A DNA stretch of 62,509 bases from Agathobacter sp. (GCA_963656085.1 CAVKHV010000001.1:1-62509); one strand, 5' to 3'; shown: positions 19,120-29,387, numbered from the stretch's first letter. Notes: generated by a model from the sequence alone, not told the origin. Made by a program: numbers and translations.

Positions 19120-19884
19120 ATGACAGATATCCATTCGCACATAATTCCGGGAATTGACGACGGTTCACGCAATATTGTCGAATCGCTTGAAATGCTGGAT
19201 ACAGCAGCCGAAAGCGGTGTGGATGCCATTGTTGCGACCCCGCATTGCAATATACCGGATGTTTGCGGAAATTATGAAAATGAGGACATCGAGATATCAT
19301 TTGAAATACTTTCTGCTGCTGTAAACCGCGCCGGCATCCCCATAAAGATTTACCGCGGTGCCGAAATTTACGCGACCGAGTATCTGCCCGAACTGCTTGA
19401 GGACGGGCGTGTCAGAACTATTAACGGCGGCAAATATTTTTTAACCGAATTCCCGTTTGATGAATTGCCCGATTACGCCTTTGATGTAATGTATCGGTGC
19501 CTGGAACTTGGGTTTGTGCCGATAATAGCCCATCCCGAAAGATATGAATTTGTTTTGTATGACTGGCAGATTGCCTATAAATTTGTTAGAATGGGCTGTC
19601 TGCTTCAGGTCAATAAGAGCAGTTTTTTTGGCGATTTCGGTCAAGAACAGCGCTTATGTGCCGAACAATTGGCGCATCACAATCTTATAGCGGCGGTGGC
19701 GAGCGATGCGCACAGTGCCGATGTCAGAACTACCGAAATGGGCAGAACAAGGGAGTATTTAACCCGTAAATACGGCACCGAATTCAGCAAAAAACTGCTT
19801 GAAATCAACCCGAGCCGCATTGTTAACGGCGCGGATTTGGATTTGCCCGAACCGATACCTTTTGAGCCTGTAAAAAACACCTGA
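19120..19884 (+). CDS. CpsB/YwqE-type PHP-family protein-tyrosine phosphatase
   Basis: MTDIHSHIIPGIDDGS...ATPH...IAHPERY...ASDAH motifs. RBS GGGAG precedes ATG 19120. Confidence 0.85.
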   Translation: MTDIHSHIIPGIDDGSRNIVESLEMLDTAAESGVDAIVATPHCNIPDVCGNYENEDIEISFEILSAAVNRAGIPIKIYRGAEIYATEYLPELLEDGRVRTINGGKYFLTEFPFDELPDYAFDVMYRCLELGFVPIIAHPERYEFVLYDWQIAYKFVRMGCLLQVNKSSFFGDFGQEQRLCAEQLAHHNLIAAVASDAHSADVRTTEMGRTREYLTRKYGTEFSKKLLEINPSRIVNGADLDLPEPIPFEPVKNT

Positions 19885-19911
19885 TTGGGAATGACCCGAT
19901 CAGGTGCTTTT
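19878..19911 (+). terminator. Rho-independent terminator of the Tyr-kinase/phosphatase operon
   Basis: 12-bp stem CACCTGATTGGG / CCCGATCAGGTG (one G.U pair, valid on the + strand only), 5-nt loop, then CTTTT. The hairpin overlaps the stop codon. Confidence 0.7.
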
Positions 19912-19993
19912 CATTATTATCTTAATGACGTCGCCGATGTTTCGCCGCGCCGTTCCGACGGTGAATAAGGTTCACCTTTTTGTGTTTGGAATT

Positions 19994-21235
19994 TCAGTTT
20001 TTTAAATAACTTTCTATCCTTAGCAATCGGTTGTATTTTGCTACGCGGTCGGTTCGGCAGGGCGCACCCGATTTAATAAACGGGCAGTTCATACCTACCG
20101 ACAGGTCGGCGATAAAGCTATCCTCCGTTTCACCCGAACGGTGCGATACGATAGGCGTGTAGCCCTTAGACTTCGCGTAGCGTATAACGTCCAGTGTTTC
20201 GCTGAGCGTGCCGATCTGGTTCAATTTTATAAGAATTGAGTTTGCCGCACCTTGCTTTACACCCTCTTTAAGCCGTTTAATGTTGGTAACAAAAAGGTCG
20301 TCGCCGACCAGCATTATGCGGTCGCCCAAACGCTCGGTCAGTTCTTTCCACCCCTCGGCGTCGTCATCACCCAGACCGTCTTCAACCGATATGATCGGGT
20401 AGGTGTCAACTAAGTTTTCAATATGACTTATAAGTTCTTCGTAATCCATTGTGACGTTGCGCTTCGGCAGATGGTAGGTGCCGTTGTCGTACCATTCGCC
20501 GGAGGCGATATCAAGCGCAAGTTTAACATTGCTGTCGTCAAAGCCCGCTTTTTCAACGGCTTTTAATATATATTCAATAGCCTGTTCGTCGCTTTTAAGA
20601 TCCGGGGCAAATCCGCCTTCGTCGCCGACGCCGGCAGAAAGTCCCTCGCTTTTTAATATAGAACCGAGGGCGTGATATATCTCCGATCCGGTGCGGAGTG
20701 CTTCTTTAAAAGACGGGCACCCCGTCGGTACTATCATAAATTCCTGAATATCAATGTTATTTGATGAATGTGCGCCGCCGTTGAGTATGTTCATCATCGG
20801 CACGGGAAGTCTTTCGCCCGATATGCCGCCGATATACCAGAAAAGCGGCAGCCCTTGCGATTTTGCAAATGCACGCGCGCCGGCAAGCGACACCGCAAGA
20901 ACGGCATTTGCACCGAGACCCGACTTGTCTTCGGTTCCGTCAAGGTCTATCATCGTTTCGTCAAGCGTCCGTTGGTCGCAGACTCCTCCGGCAGCCAGCG
21001 CCGGCGCTATCCGTTCGTTTATATTTCTGACGGCGGAAAGTACGCCTTTGCCGTTGTACCGTGAGGCATCTCCGTCCCGTAATTCAAGCGCTTCATAACG
21101 CCCGGTTGACGCACCGGACGGCGAGAGCGCCGCACCGCAGCTGCCGTCGGCAAGTTTCACTTCGGCATAAACCGTGGGATTGCCGCGCGAATCAAGAAAT
21201 TCATACCCTTTTACATTTATTATTTCACCGTTCAT
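19994..21235 (-). CDS. eno: Enolase
   Basis: Start chosen at [22 protein letters not shown] after RBS GGAGG. Full-length enolase pattern, including SHRSGETED. Confidence 0.95.
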   Translation of the reverse strand: MNGEIINVKGYEFLDSRGNPTVYAEVKLADGSCGAALSPSGASTGRYEALELRDGDASRYNGKGVLSAVRNINERIAPALAAGGVCDQRTLDETMIDLDGTEDKSGLGANAVLAVSLAGARAFAKSQGLPLFWYIGGISGERLPVPMMNILNGGAHSSNNIDIQEFMIVPTGCPSFKEALRTGSEIYHALGSILKSEGLSAGVGDEGGFAPDLKSDEQAIEYILKAVEKAGFDDSNVKLALDIASGEWYDNGTYHLPKRNVTMDYEELISHIENLVDTYPIISVEDGLGDDDAEGWKELTERLGDRIMLVGDDLFVTNIKRLKEGVKQGAANSILIKLNQIGTLSETLDVIRYAKSKGYTPIVSHRSGETEDSFIADLSVGMNCPFIKSGAPCRTDRVAKYNRLLRIESYLKN

Positions 21236-21394
21236 AAATATTCCTCCGTTAAATTTCAACCCGTTCCGTTCGGGTGTTCCCTTTATTTTACCCGCAGGAA
21301 TATTTTTTATACTTGTTATACGCAATATCGTTGGGGGCGGCTTTACCTTTTAAAATCATTTTGCCGCGAATGCGGGCAAAACAAAACGAGGCGG

Positions 21395-21925
21395 CTACGC
21401 CTTTTTCCCGGATTCGCAGCGCGGAATTATAAATTTGAGCACAATCAGCCAAGCCGCCGCCATACCGACGCAGGCGCCCGAAAAGTCTATTAAAACATCA
21501 ATGATGTTGCCGTTTCTGCCGGATACAAATGTTTGGTGAAATTCATCCGATACGGCATAGGCAAGACAATATGCTGCGCAAAATATCAGCCGCCGCACGC
21601 TGCCCGAACGGCTGTCGGTTTTATAGGTCGCCGCCGCCGTCATAACCGAAAATCCCAAAAATGCAAAGACCGAAAAATGAGCCAGTTTGCGTACAGTATG
21701 ATTGGTTTGGTTATATATTGAGGTCTGCTTCTTTTCCGAAAGCGAATTGTAATTGCTGCGCGTGACCCGAATTACCGCCTTTGTGACCTTTCCGCTTTGC
21801 GCACTTGAAACATCCGAATCGCCGGACGAAAACATAAATATGGTTATCATCGCAGTAAGCGTAAGCGCAAACCCGATATATCTTATGACTTTTATTTTGG
21901 TGTTTGTCAAAACCGTCACTCCCAA
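21395..21925 (-). CDS. VanZ-family membrane protein
   Basis: RKLAHFSVFAFLG...DEFHQTFVSGRNGNIIDVLIDFSGA pattern, with 4-5 TM segments. Confidence 0.75.
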   Translation of the reverse strand: MGVTVLTNTKIKVIRYIGFALTLTAMITIFMFSSGDSDVSSAQSGKVTKAVIRVTRSNYNSLSEKKQTSIYNQTNHTVRKLAHFSVFAFLGFSVMTAAATYKTDSRSGSVRRLIFCAAYCLAYAVSDEFHQTFVSGRNGNIIDVLIDFSGACVGMAAAWLIVLKFIIPRCESGKKA

Positions 21926-22085
21926 ACTGTAGTGTTATTATTTTATCACAACTTATCCCGTTTGTATACACCGATTGCCCGCTTTCATAAACTTTTACAA
22001 AAAATATCTTGAAAAAAGCGGTGCTGTGTTGTAAAATAAAGTAGTCAATATGGGAACTGTATCCCAAAAGAGAGGTGTTAGTAAA

Positions 22086-22334
22086 GTGGCAAGCGACAGA
22101 ACAATGACATTTTCCATCTGTGACGACAGGGAGAGGGAAATAAGGCAGATAATGCAGGAAGTCTATAACGCGTTAAAAGAAAAGGGCTATAACCCGATAA
22201 ATCAGATTGTCGGATATATACTGTCCGAAGACCCTACTTATATAACTACGCATAACAACGCGCGCAGCCTTATCAGAAGGGTGGACCGTGACGCTTTGCT
22301 GCAAAGCCTTGTAAAATATTATCTTACGGATTAG
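22086..22334 (+). CDS. ireB: IreB-family regulatory phosphoprotein (UPF0297)
   Basis: DRTMTF...[47 protein letters not shown] matches B. subtilis YrzL-type proteins. A GTG start at 22086 after RBS AGAGAGGTG is preferred over ATG 22050. Confidence 0.8.
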   Translation: MASDRTMTFSICDDREREIRQIMQEVYNALKEKGYNPINQIVGYILSEDPTYITTHNNARSLIRRVDRDALLQSLVKYYLTD

Positions 22335-22344
22335 GGAGGAACTT

Positions 22345-22632
22345 ATGACTGACAAATTTTTAACATATAAGGGTAAGCCGCTTGTAAGGAAAGACGAAAC
22401 CCTGTATTACGGAAATATGTCCGATAAGTATGTTGTAATGCTTACCGTTAAAAACGGCAAAAAACTTGAGGATATTGAACTTTCCGATAAAATCGTCGTG
22501 CAGTTGATGTATACCGACAATGAGATTCGCTCGCGCGACCGTATTATTAAAAAGAGCGAGAAGCAGGGGCTTTATAACGCTATGGACGTTGGTTCCGTCT
22601 GGCTTGAACGCGCCCTTAAAAATGAACAGTAA
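22345..22632 (+). CDS. Hypothetical protein (95 aa)
   Basis: ORF with RBS GGGAGGA, followed by a GC hairpin (AACGGGGGTC...GACCCCCGTT). No family recognised. Confidence 0.5.
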   Translation: MTDKFLTYKGKPLVRKDETLYYGNMSDKYVVMLTVKNGKKLEDIELSDKIVVQLMYTDNEIRSRDRIIKKSEKQGLYNAMDVGSVWLERALKNEQ

Positions 22633-22699
22633 TTATTTTTCAAACTAACGGGGGTCGGCTTGTGACCCCCGTTAAACTGCTGAAAGGAGATCTTGTTTT

Positions 22700-23398
22700 A
22701 TGCCTTATGTTGTAAATTCCTGCCCGCGGGAACTTGACGAATACCGTGATAAGGGTCTTCCGTTATTTATCCCGTTCGGCACGGTTGAATACCACGGAAG
22801 TCAGCTGCCGCTCGGTGCGGATATAATCTTCCCCGAAAGGCTGTTGGCTGAAATCGAAAAGCGTTACCCTATCGTAATCGCACCCACCGTCACCTGCTGC
22901 CCCAACGGTAACGCGGTGTCGGGCACCGAAAAATATACGATAGATTTCAGCGTTGATTTGTTTATGGACTATTGTTACGAACTTTTAAAAGGGTATATGA
23001 AAACCGGCTTCCGCCATATTGTCCTGATAGTACACCATCAGGGGCCTAATATTGAGCATATGCTTCGCGTGGTGCTTGCAAAACTGACTATGTACGAGGT
23101 CAAAAACGAATTGGGGGACAGTTGGTGGACAGATAATAAATCCCCCTCCGGCCCGTGGGTGGAAATATACAGCGCGCTGCTCGGCTCGCAGGACTTTAAC
23201 GCCCATGCCGACAAGCCCGAAACCGAGGGTGTTATGGCGGTTGCGCCCGAAACGGTGCACCTTGAATATATCGGTGATAACGAACCTCACTGGAACGCAA
23301 ATGCGCGCCTTTCGGATAAAGCCCACGCCGACGAATGTTTTGCCGCACTGCTTGACAAATGGCTCGAAAAGGTCAAAAACTGGATGCCCAAAGAGTAA
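22700..23398 (+). CDS. Creatininase-family amidohydrolase
   Basis: FIPFGTVEYHGSQLPLGADIIFPE... matches the G..E.HG.HLPLG.D pattern of creatinine amidohydrolase-family proteins. Confidence 0.75.
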   Translation: MPYVVNSCPRELDEYRDKGLPLFIPFGTVEYHGSQLPLGADIIFPERLLAEIEKRYPIVIAPTVTCCPNGNAVSGTEKYTIDFSVDLFMDYCYELLKGYMKTGFRHIVLIVHHQGPNIEHMLRVVLAKLTMYEVKNELGDSWWTDNKSPSGPWVEIYSALLGSQDFNAHADKPETEGVMAVAPETVHLEYIGDNEPHWNANARLSDKAHADECFAALLDKWLEKVKNWMPKE

Positions 23399-23410
23399 AG
23401 GATATGAAAA

Positions 23411-25744
23411 ATGAATAACAAAAGATATAATTTTCTTGATAATACGCACGAAATTGAAATTTTGAAGTACGATACCCCCACGCCCTGGATAAACTATTTA
23501 AGCAACGGCACTTTCCATACTATGATATCACAGGCGGGCGGCGGTGTTGCGTTCTATAAATCCCCGCAGATATGGCGAATTAACCACTACAGGTTTTTCC
23601 ATTTGCCGACCGACCGTTCGGGCTTTTATACATATATAAAGGACGGCGACACCGTTTTTTGCCCCACCGCCGAACCGACCCCCGTTAAACCCGATAAGTG
23701 GAAAGCCACCCACGGTATGGGATATACCGACTTTATGTCGGAGAAAAACGGACTTCGTGCCGACGCACGCTATTTTGTCGGCAAATACCAAAACGCCCTT
23801 ATCTGGGAACTCAAACTTACGTCGGATACCGACCGTGATGTGACCGTTTTCCCCTATGTTGAACTCGGTATGATGGAATTTATGCGCGAACTGCAATGGC
23901 AGTGCTACAATAAGCATCAACTTTCGGTATACACGCTTGATGATATTTTGGTTTATAAGTACGGCGTCGAAAACCAGCCCAAACCGGATGAAACCCCGCT
24001 TATTTATTTTGCAGCCGACCGTCCCATAGCAGGCTTTGACGGTGACCGTGACGAGTTCGTGGGCGCTTACCGCAGCGAAGAAAATCCGTTAAGGATTGAG
24101 CAGGGGCATTGTTCGGGCAGCACTATGGCAGGCGGCGACCCCTGCTTTGCGCTTGAAATTCCGCTGTCGCTTAAAGCCGGAAAGACCGAGACGGTTCATA
24201 TTTATCTCGGCGCCGCAATGACCGACGAGGATATAAAATCGGCAGTGGCAGAATGCCGCGAACCCGATTTTTGCGAAAAATCATTTAAAGCGCTTAAAGA
24301 ACAGTGGGACGGTTTTCTTTCGCACGTTCAGTGTGAACTGCCCGACAAAAACGCCGAGCGTATGGTCAACATCTGGAACCCTTATCAGGCGGAGCGTAAT
24401 TTCCAATTTTCAAGAAATATATCCTACTACGCAACGGGAACATTCAGGGGCGTAGGCTACCGCGATACGGCGCAGGATATTTTGTCAATGATACCGTTTG
24501 ATACCGCCCGTGCGGAAGATAAAATCAAACTTCTGCTCTCGCAGCAGTATAATGACGGACACGTGAATCACTATTTCTTCCCGACCGAGGGTTGGGAACC
24601 CGTCACAACTGTTCATTCGGACGACCATTTGTGGACAATACTTTCATGCGCCAAACTTGTAAGGGAAGAGGGCGGCACCGACTTCCTTAAACAGGCGGTA
24701 GAGTATTATGACGGCGGCAGCGCCACCGTGTGGGAGCATCTTAAAAAAGCGGTCGACTTTACCCTTGCCCACCTCGGCGAACGCGGTTTTCCGCTTATGC
24801 TTCGTTCCGACTGGAACGACCAGCTTTTCAGAGTCTGCAAAGAGGGTAAGGGCGAAAGCATCTGGACCTCTATGCAGTTCGGCTTGGCGCTTAAAGATAT
24901 GATGTTTATGGCTGACCTTTTGGGCGAAAACGCCGACGTTTACCGCGCCGCCTACGATAAGCAAACGGCGCTTGTCAACACCCTCGCCTGGGACGGTGCG
25001 TGGTATCGCCGCGCCATTATGGACGACGGCAGATATTTAGGTTCGGACGCCGAGCCGCAGGCTAAAATATGGCTTAATTCGCAAACCTGGGCGGTTATTT
25101 CCGGTATGGGCGACAGGGACAAAAATCTTGCCGCCATGCAAAGCGTTTACGACCTGCTTAACACGCCGCTCGGAATTAAAAAAATACACCCTTCGATTAA
25201 AGATTATCCGTCAAAGGAAAATCCGCTTACCAATTATAATAAGGGCTGCGGCGAAAACGGCGCAATATTCTGCCACGCAAATACCTGGGCGATAATCGCC
25301 GAGTGTATGCTCGGCAACGGTAACCGCGCCTATAAATACTATTCGCAGCTTTTGCCGATGAAGGCTCAGGAGATCGCCGGCGAATGGCGCTATAAAGCCG
25401 AACCCTACGTTTATTCTTCAAACATTTTCGGCCCCGAGTCGGATAAATTCGGGCTTGCCAATGTCAGCTGGCTTTCGGGTACGTCCGCCTGGATGTACGT
25501 GGCGGTGACAGAGTATATTCTGGGCGTGCGCGCCGAATATAACGGCATTACCGTCAACCCCTGTATTCCCGACGAATGGAACGGCTTTAAGATCAGCCGT
25601 AAACTGCGCGGCGCAACCTATAATGTGACCGTAATACGCGACGGCGAAAATTATATGACAGCCGACGGCGAGCGTGTAAACGGTAACTTTGTTCCCGACC
25701 GTGCCGCAGGCAGCGTTTGCAATATAGAAGTGCATATAAAATAA
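23411..25744 (+). CDS. GH94-like glycoside phosphorylase (cellobiose/chitobiose/beta-glucan phosphorylase family)
   Basis: 777 aa. The N-terminus (YDTPTPWINYLSNG...ISQAGGG.AFY) and the RSDWND catalytic-region motif resemble cellobiose phosphorylase. Substrate cannot be assigned from sequence. Confidence 0.75.
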   Translation: MNNKRYNFLDNTHEIEILKYDTPTPWINYLSNGTFHTMISQAGGGVAFYKSPQIWRINHYRFFHLPTDRSGFYTYIKDGDTVFCPTAEPTPVKPDKWKATHGMGYTDFMSEKNGLRADARYFVGKYQNALIWELKLTSDTDRDVTVFPYVELGMMEFMRELQWQCYNKHQLSVYTLDDILVYKYGVENQPKPDETPLIYFAADRPIAGFDGDRDEFVGAYRSEENPLRIEQGHCSGSTMAGGDPCFALEIPLSLKAGKTETVHIYLGAAMTDEDIKSAVAECREPDFCEKSFKALKEQWDGFLSHVQCELPDKNAERMVNIWNPYQAERNFQFSRNISYYATGTFRGVGYRDTAQDILSMIPFDTARAEDKIKLLLSQQYNDGHVNHYFFPTEGWEPVTTVHSDDHLWTILSCAKLVREEGGTDFLKQAVEYYDGGSATVWEHLKKAVDFTLAHLGERGFPLMLRSDWNDQLFRVCKEGKGESIWTSMQFGLALKDMMFMADLLGENADVYRAAYDKQTALVNTLAWDGAWYRRAIMDDGRYLGSDAEPQAKIWLNSQTWAVISGMGDRDKNLAAMQSVYDLLNTPLGIKKIHPSIKDYPSKENPLTNYNKGCGENGAIFCHANTWAIIAECMLGNGNRAYKYYSQLLPMKAQEIAGEWRYKAEPYVYSSNIFGPESDKFGLANVSWLSGTSAWMYVAVTEYILGVRAEYNGITVNPCIPDEWNGFKISRKLRGATYNVTVIRDGENYMTADGERVNGNFVPDRAAGSVCNIEVHIK

Positions 25745-25831
25745 TTTTTAACTGGGTTTTACGGTCGGCTGACGCCGACCGTAAAGACTCTGCGTAATCA
25801 AATATAATTCTTCTTAAAGGCAGGTGGAACG

Positions 25832-27277
25832 ATGTATACGATAGTTTTAGCGGATAAAGACCGTGAATTTGTGGACAGCACGGCAAAATCTCTGCATATG
25901 AACTGCCCCGGGGCAACCATTGTGAAAATGTACGGCGACGGCGACAGGGCGCTTGAATTTTTAAAAAGAAAGCACGACGGTATCGCCGTGATAAACGCCG
26001 ACCTTTACGGAACCGACGGCGTGAAAATATTGCAGACGGCATATAAAAACCGCTTTGAAGTCAGCGTGATATTAATAAGCGACAGGGAAGAGTTCAAAAT
26101 CGCCAAGGCGGCGGTCGACTGCAAGGCGGAACGCCTGTATATAAAGCCTGTCTCGCCTGCCGTGCTCATCAATGCAGTCAAAATTATCGAAAAGAAAATG
26201 CGCGAGAGGGTTCAGCAGGCATATGATGAGGCTGATCGCTATTTGCTCGAATGGGAATGGAAACGTCAAAATCTCTCCCTTGTTTATAACGGCATCTTTC
26301 CGCTTGAACTTGCCGTTAAAAAAGAAAAATCTTTTTGGAATGACCGTCCGCTTACGGAGTGCGGCTGCTTTGTTGCGGAGTTCGATTTTGCCCTTGCCGA
26401 AGATCGGATAAATGAGCGCTTCGGCAAAAGCGAGGAGGATTTTTACAACGCCGTTATAGGCCTCGGCGAGGAGGAGAACTCGCGGTTTGCAGCCTATCAG
26501 GTGGCGTCCTCAAAAGAAAAAATCATCTATGTCGTGCTTTCGGAACAAAAATACAGGCAGCGGGTCGAAAAATTTGCAGCCGACCTTGTGCAGAGCCTGC
26601 ACAGTCTTTATTCGATAAATACAAATTATAAAATCACATATTATTCGGGTATGGAAGACGTTATACTGTATAATGCGGCAAGAAAGATAGCTGCCGATTA
26701 CCTTAAAGCGGTCTCGGCAGGCGAGTCCGATAAAGCCGAAAACATCGCCAAAAATGCCGAAACGACAGCCGACGGCAAAACGGCAACCGCAATCGTCAGA
26801 TCCACCCTTGCCCTGCTCGCCGGTAATTACGATATAACCTACCCCGATATTTCAAAAAGGGTGGGCGTCTGGGCGGACGGCGTGGATATGCATATGCTGC
26901 TGCGCGAACTGTTCAGCCGTATCGCAGCCGATATATCTTCAAGCCGCCACCTTGTAGTTAATATAAAGGACTACATCAACCGCAACTTTTCCGCCGGAAT
27001 TTCGGTCGACTCCGTCGCACAGAATTTCGGTATGAATGCAAGTTACCTCGGCAGATTATTTAAAAGCGAAACGGGCGAAAAATTGGTCGATTATATATTC
27101 GGCGTCAGAATGGATAACGCAAAACGCCTGCTTGCCGATACGGATATGACGGTGCGCGAAATTGCAATCAGCGTGGGCTATAACCAGATTAAGTATTTCG
27201 GCGCCGTCTTTAAAGAATATACCGGGCGCACCCCGTCCGATTACCGTCGGGCAAACGCCGGAACCTCGCGCCGCTGA
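25832..27277 (+). CDS. YesN-like response regulator (REC + AraC HTH) with no adjacent histidine kinase
   Basis: Receiver residues D8/D10, D57 (INAD), S83 and K105 (YIKP) are in place. The C-terminal AraC HTH is VREIAISVGYNQIKYFGAVFKEYTGRTPSDYR. Confidence 0.85.
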   Translation: MYTIVLADKDREFVDSTAKSLHMNCPGATIVKMYGDGDRALEFLKRKHDGIAVINADLYGTDGVKILQTAYKNRFEVSVILISDREEFKIAKAAVDCKAERLYIKPVSPAVLINAVKIIEKKMRERVQQAYDEADRYLLEWEWKRQNLSLVYNGIFPLELAVKKEKSFWNDRPLTECGCFVAEFDFALAEDRINERFGKSEEDFYNAVIGLGEEENSRFAAYQVASSKEKIIYVVLSEQKYRQRVEKFAADLVQSLHSLYSINTNYKITYYSGMEDVILYNAARKIAADYLKAVSAGESDKAENIAKNAETTADGKTATAIVRSTLALLAGNYDITYPDISKRVGVWADGVDMHMLLRELFSRIAADISSSRHLVVNIKDYINRNFSAGISVDSVAQNFGMNASYLGRLFKSETGEKLVDYIFGVRMDNAKRLLADTDMTVREIAISVGYNQIKYFGAVFKEYTGRTPSDYRRANAGTSRR

Positions 27278-27496
27278 CAGGCTCACGGCGGGTTTGGGTA
27301 TTTCCTGTAATTATAACAAAATTTGCACAGTTGTGCGCGCGTACTATATGTTGTGTTCTGCGGCGGCTGATGCCATACAAATTATATGACAAGTAGAAAA
27401 ATTGTACCCTTATCAATAAAAATTAGGTAGTGCAGTTTTTGGGGTTTTGTGATACGATATATATGCCATAAATAATATTTTGGAGGAGAATACACT

Positions 27497-29314
27497 ATGA
27501 TAAAATTCAGGTTATCGAAAAAAGCGGCTTCCAAGCTGCTTGCAGTGCTTATGGCGCTGCTTTTGGTTGCGGCTTACGCACCCCTTGTCAGTGTGGGCGC
27601 CGCATCAGCGACCGTTATTAAATCGGTTGACGACTTGAAAAAGATTTCGAGTAACCTAAGCGGTACATATGAACTCGGTGCGAATATTGATTGCAAAGGC
27701 GTTTCTATGTCACCGATAGGCAACCTTGCCAAACCGTTCACGGGTAAGTTTACTTGCCCGACCGGCACAAACGGCAAACCTGTATACGCTATTACCAACC
27801 TTACCATTAATGTCAAGATCGGCGGCGACCGTAAGTCGCAGCAGGGTCAGTACAAGAAAAACGGCGACTCAAACTGGTGCGTAGGTCTTTTCGGTGTTAC
27901 CAAAAACGCCACATTCCAGAATATAGTTGTCCTGAACGCCAATGTTTCAAGCGATGTTTTGGGCGGCGCTTCAGTCGGTTCATCATATTCGGAAGTTTAT
28001 AACGGAACGGATGAGCAGGGCACGGGTATAATGTGCGGCGTTGCCGTAGGTACTAAATTCACCAACTGCGGTGTTCAGGGAACCGTTACCTCCGCTTCAA
28101 ATAACGTAGGCGGTTTTGTCGGTCAGACCGCGAAAACAGTTAAATCATCCGGCAACGGAAACACAGCGCTGCTGTCCGGCGGAAGTACGACCGTAACCAA
28201 TTGCTACTCCTATACAAATGTCAACGCAACCGGCGACTTCCAGTGGAACGCGGGCGGTTTCGTCGGCTCTGCATCAAGCGGAAACTTCACCGGCTCATTC
28301 TTTGAAGGCAACCTTGACGTTACAACAGGTACATCTATGTCTGCCGGCGGTTTTGTAGGTGCCATTACTTCCACAAGGTTCACAGCCTGTTATTCAACCG
28401 GTTCGTTTATGCGCGGCGGATACTATCCGGGCGCGTTCGGCGGTCAGTTTAACGATTATAATGCCGCTGCCGACAGATGCACACAGTGCTACTCGAACAT
28501 AAAAATGGGCGAAGGTCAGTCGGCTGTAGAAGCAAACGATAAATCGGGCAACTTTATTACACCCACAAGCAACGGTAAACAGGAAGGCTTTGCAGTTAAG
28601 AACGTTGCCGACATAAACGCTAAGTTTGCTTCAAACGATAAATGGCAGACATACAGCAACGGCACATTGCCGACCGTTAAGGCGCTTACCGGAAAAACCG
28701 TAAAAACTCTTGCGGAACTTGATACTCCTAAGGCGGACAGCGGCAGCAGCGGCGGAAACGGATCCGGCAATGGCTCAAAAACAAATTCCGGTTCGGACGA
28801 CTCTCAGGTAACGGAAGAAGAGGCAAAATCCGAACTTATAAAAGAGATTGTTGCCGCCAAAGACGCTGACGCGGTTGCAAAACTCTTTAAAGATATGGGC
28901 GTTGAAATTACCGATGATGTAGCCAAAGCCATATTTGACAAAGCAGCCGAAAAAGGCGAAGAACTCACGGTTGACGACCTTAAGGCCGCCGGACTTACCG
29001 ACGACCAGTTGAATACAGCCGTATCCGCTCTTGAAGAGGAAATGTCGGAAGATGAAGAAACCGAGGGCTCGGGCGGCGGTTCGGGCACTGTTACCGTTAA
29101 AACCGACGGTAAGATATCTTCAATCAGCACGGCTGAATGGATTTTAATTATCGTACTCTCGGCTCTTATCCTTCTTGCACTTGCAGGCAGTGTTGTGCTT
29201 ATTATTCTCCTCATTAAAGCTTTAAAAGGCATTAAGGGAGATGCGGCGGCAGCCGATGTTGCGGCAGCGCCGGCAAACGAAATACCGGTTACAGATGATA
29301 ATTCGATTATGTAA
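27497..29314 (+). CDS. Surface protein with GLUG-type repeats, signal peptide and C-terminal TM anchor
   Basis: The signal peptide ends near SVGAASA. Repeated motifs NVGGFVGQ / NAGGFVGS / SAGGFVGA and the N-terminal pattern DDLKKIS..LSGTYELGANIDC..V.M.PIG...PFTGKF are present. The C-terminal TM segment is WILIIVLSALILLALAGSVVLIILLI. Confidence 0.65.
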   Translation: MIKFRLSKKAASKLLAVLMALLLVAAYAPLVSVGAASATVIKSVDDLKKISSNLSGTYELGANIDCKGVSMSPIGNLAKPFTGKFTCPTGTNGKPVYAITNLTINVKIGGDRKSQQGQYKKNGDSNWCVGLFGVTKNATFQNIVVLNANVSSDVLGGASVGSSYSEVYNGTDEQGTGIMCGVAVGTKFTNCGVQGTVTSASNNVGGFVGQTAKTVKSSGNGNTALLSGGSTTVTNCYSYTNVNATGDFQWNAGGFVGSASSGNFTGSFFEGNLDVTTGTSMSAGGFVGAITSTRFTACYSTGSFMRGGYYPGAFGGQFNDYNAAADRCTQCYSNIKMGEGQSAVEANDKSGNFITPTSNGKQEGFAVKNVADINAKFASNDKWQTYSNGTLPTVKALTGKTVKTLAELDTPKADSGSSGGNGSGNGSKTNSGSDDSQVTEEEAKSELIKEIVAAKDADAVAKLFKDMGVEITDDVAKAIFDKAAEKGEELTVDDLKAAGLTDDQLNTAVSALEEEMSEDEETEGSGGGSGTVTVKTDGKISSISTAEWILIIVLSALILLALAGSVVLIILLIKALKGIKGDAAAADVAAAPANEIPVTDDNSIM

Positions 29315-29387
29315 TTAATTTTGAACTTCCCCCGGGGCGAAAGCCTTAGGGGGAAGTCAAGACGCTTTTCAGCAAGGGGATTTTACA

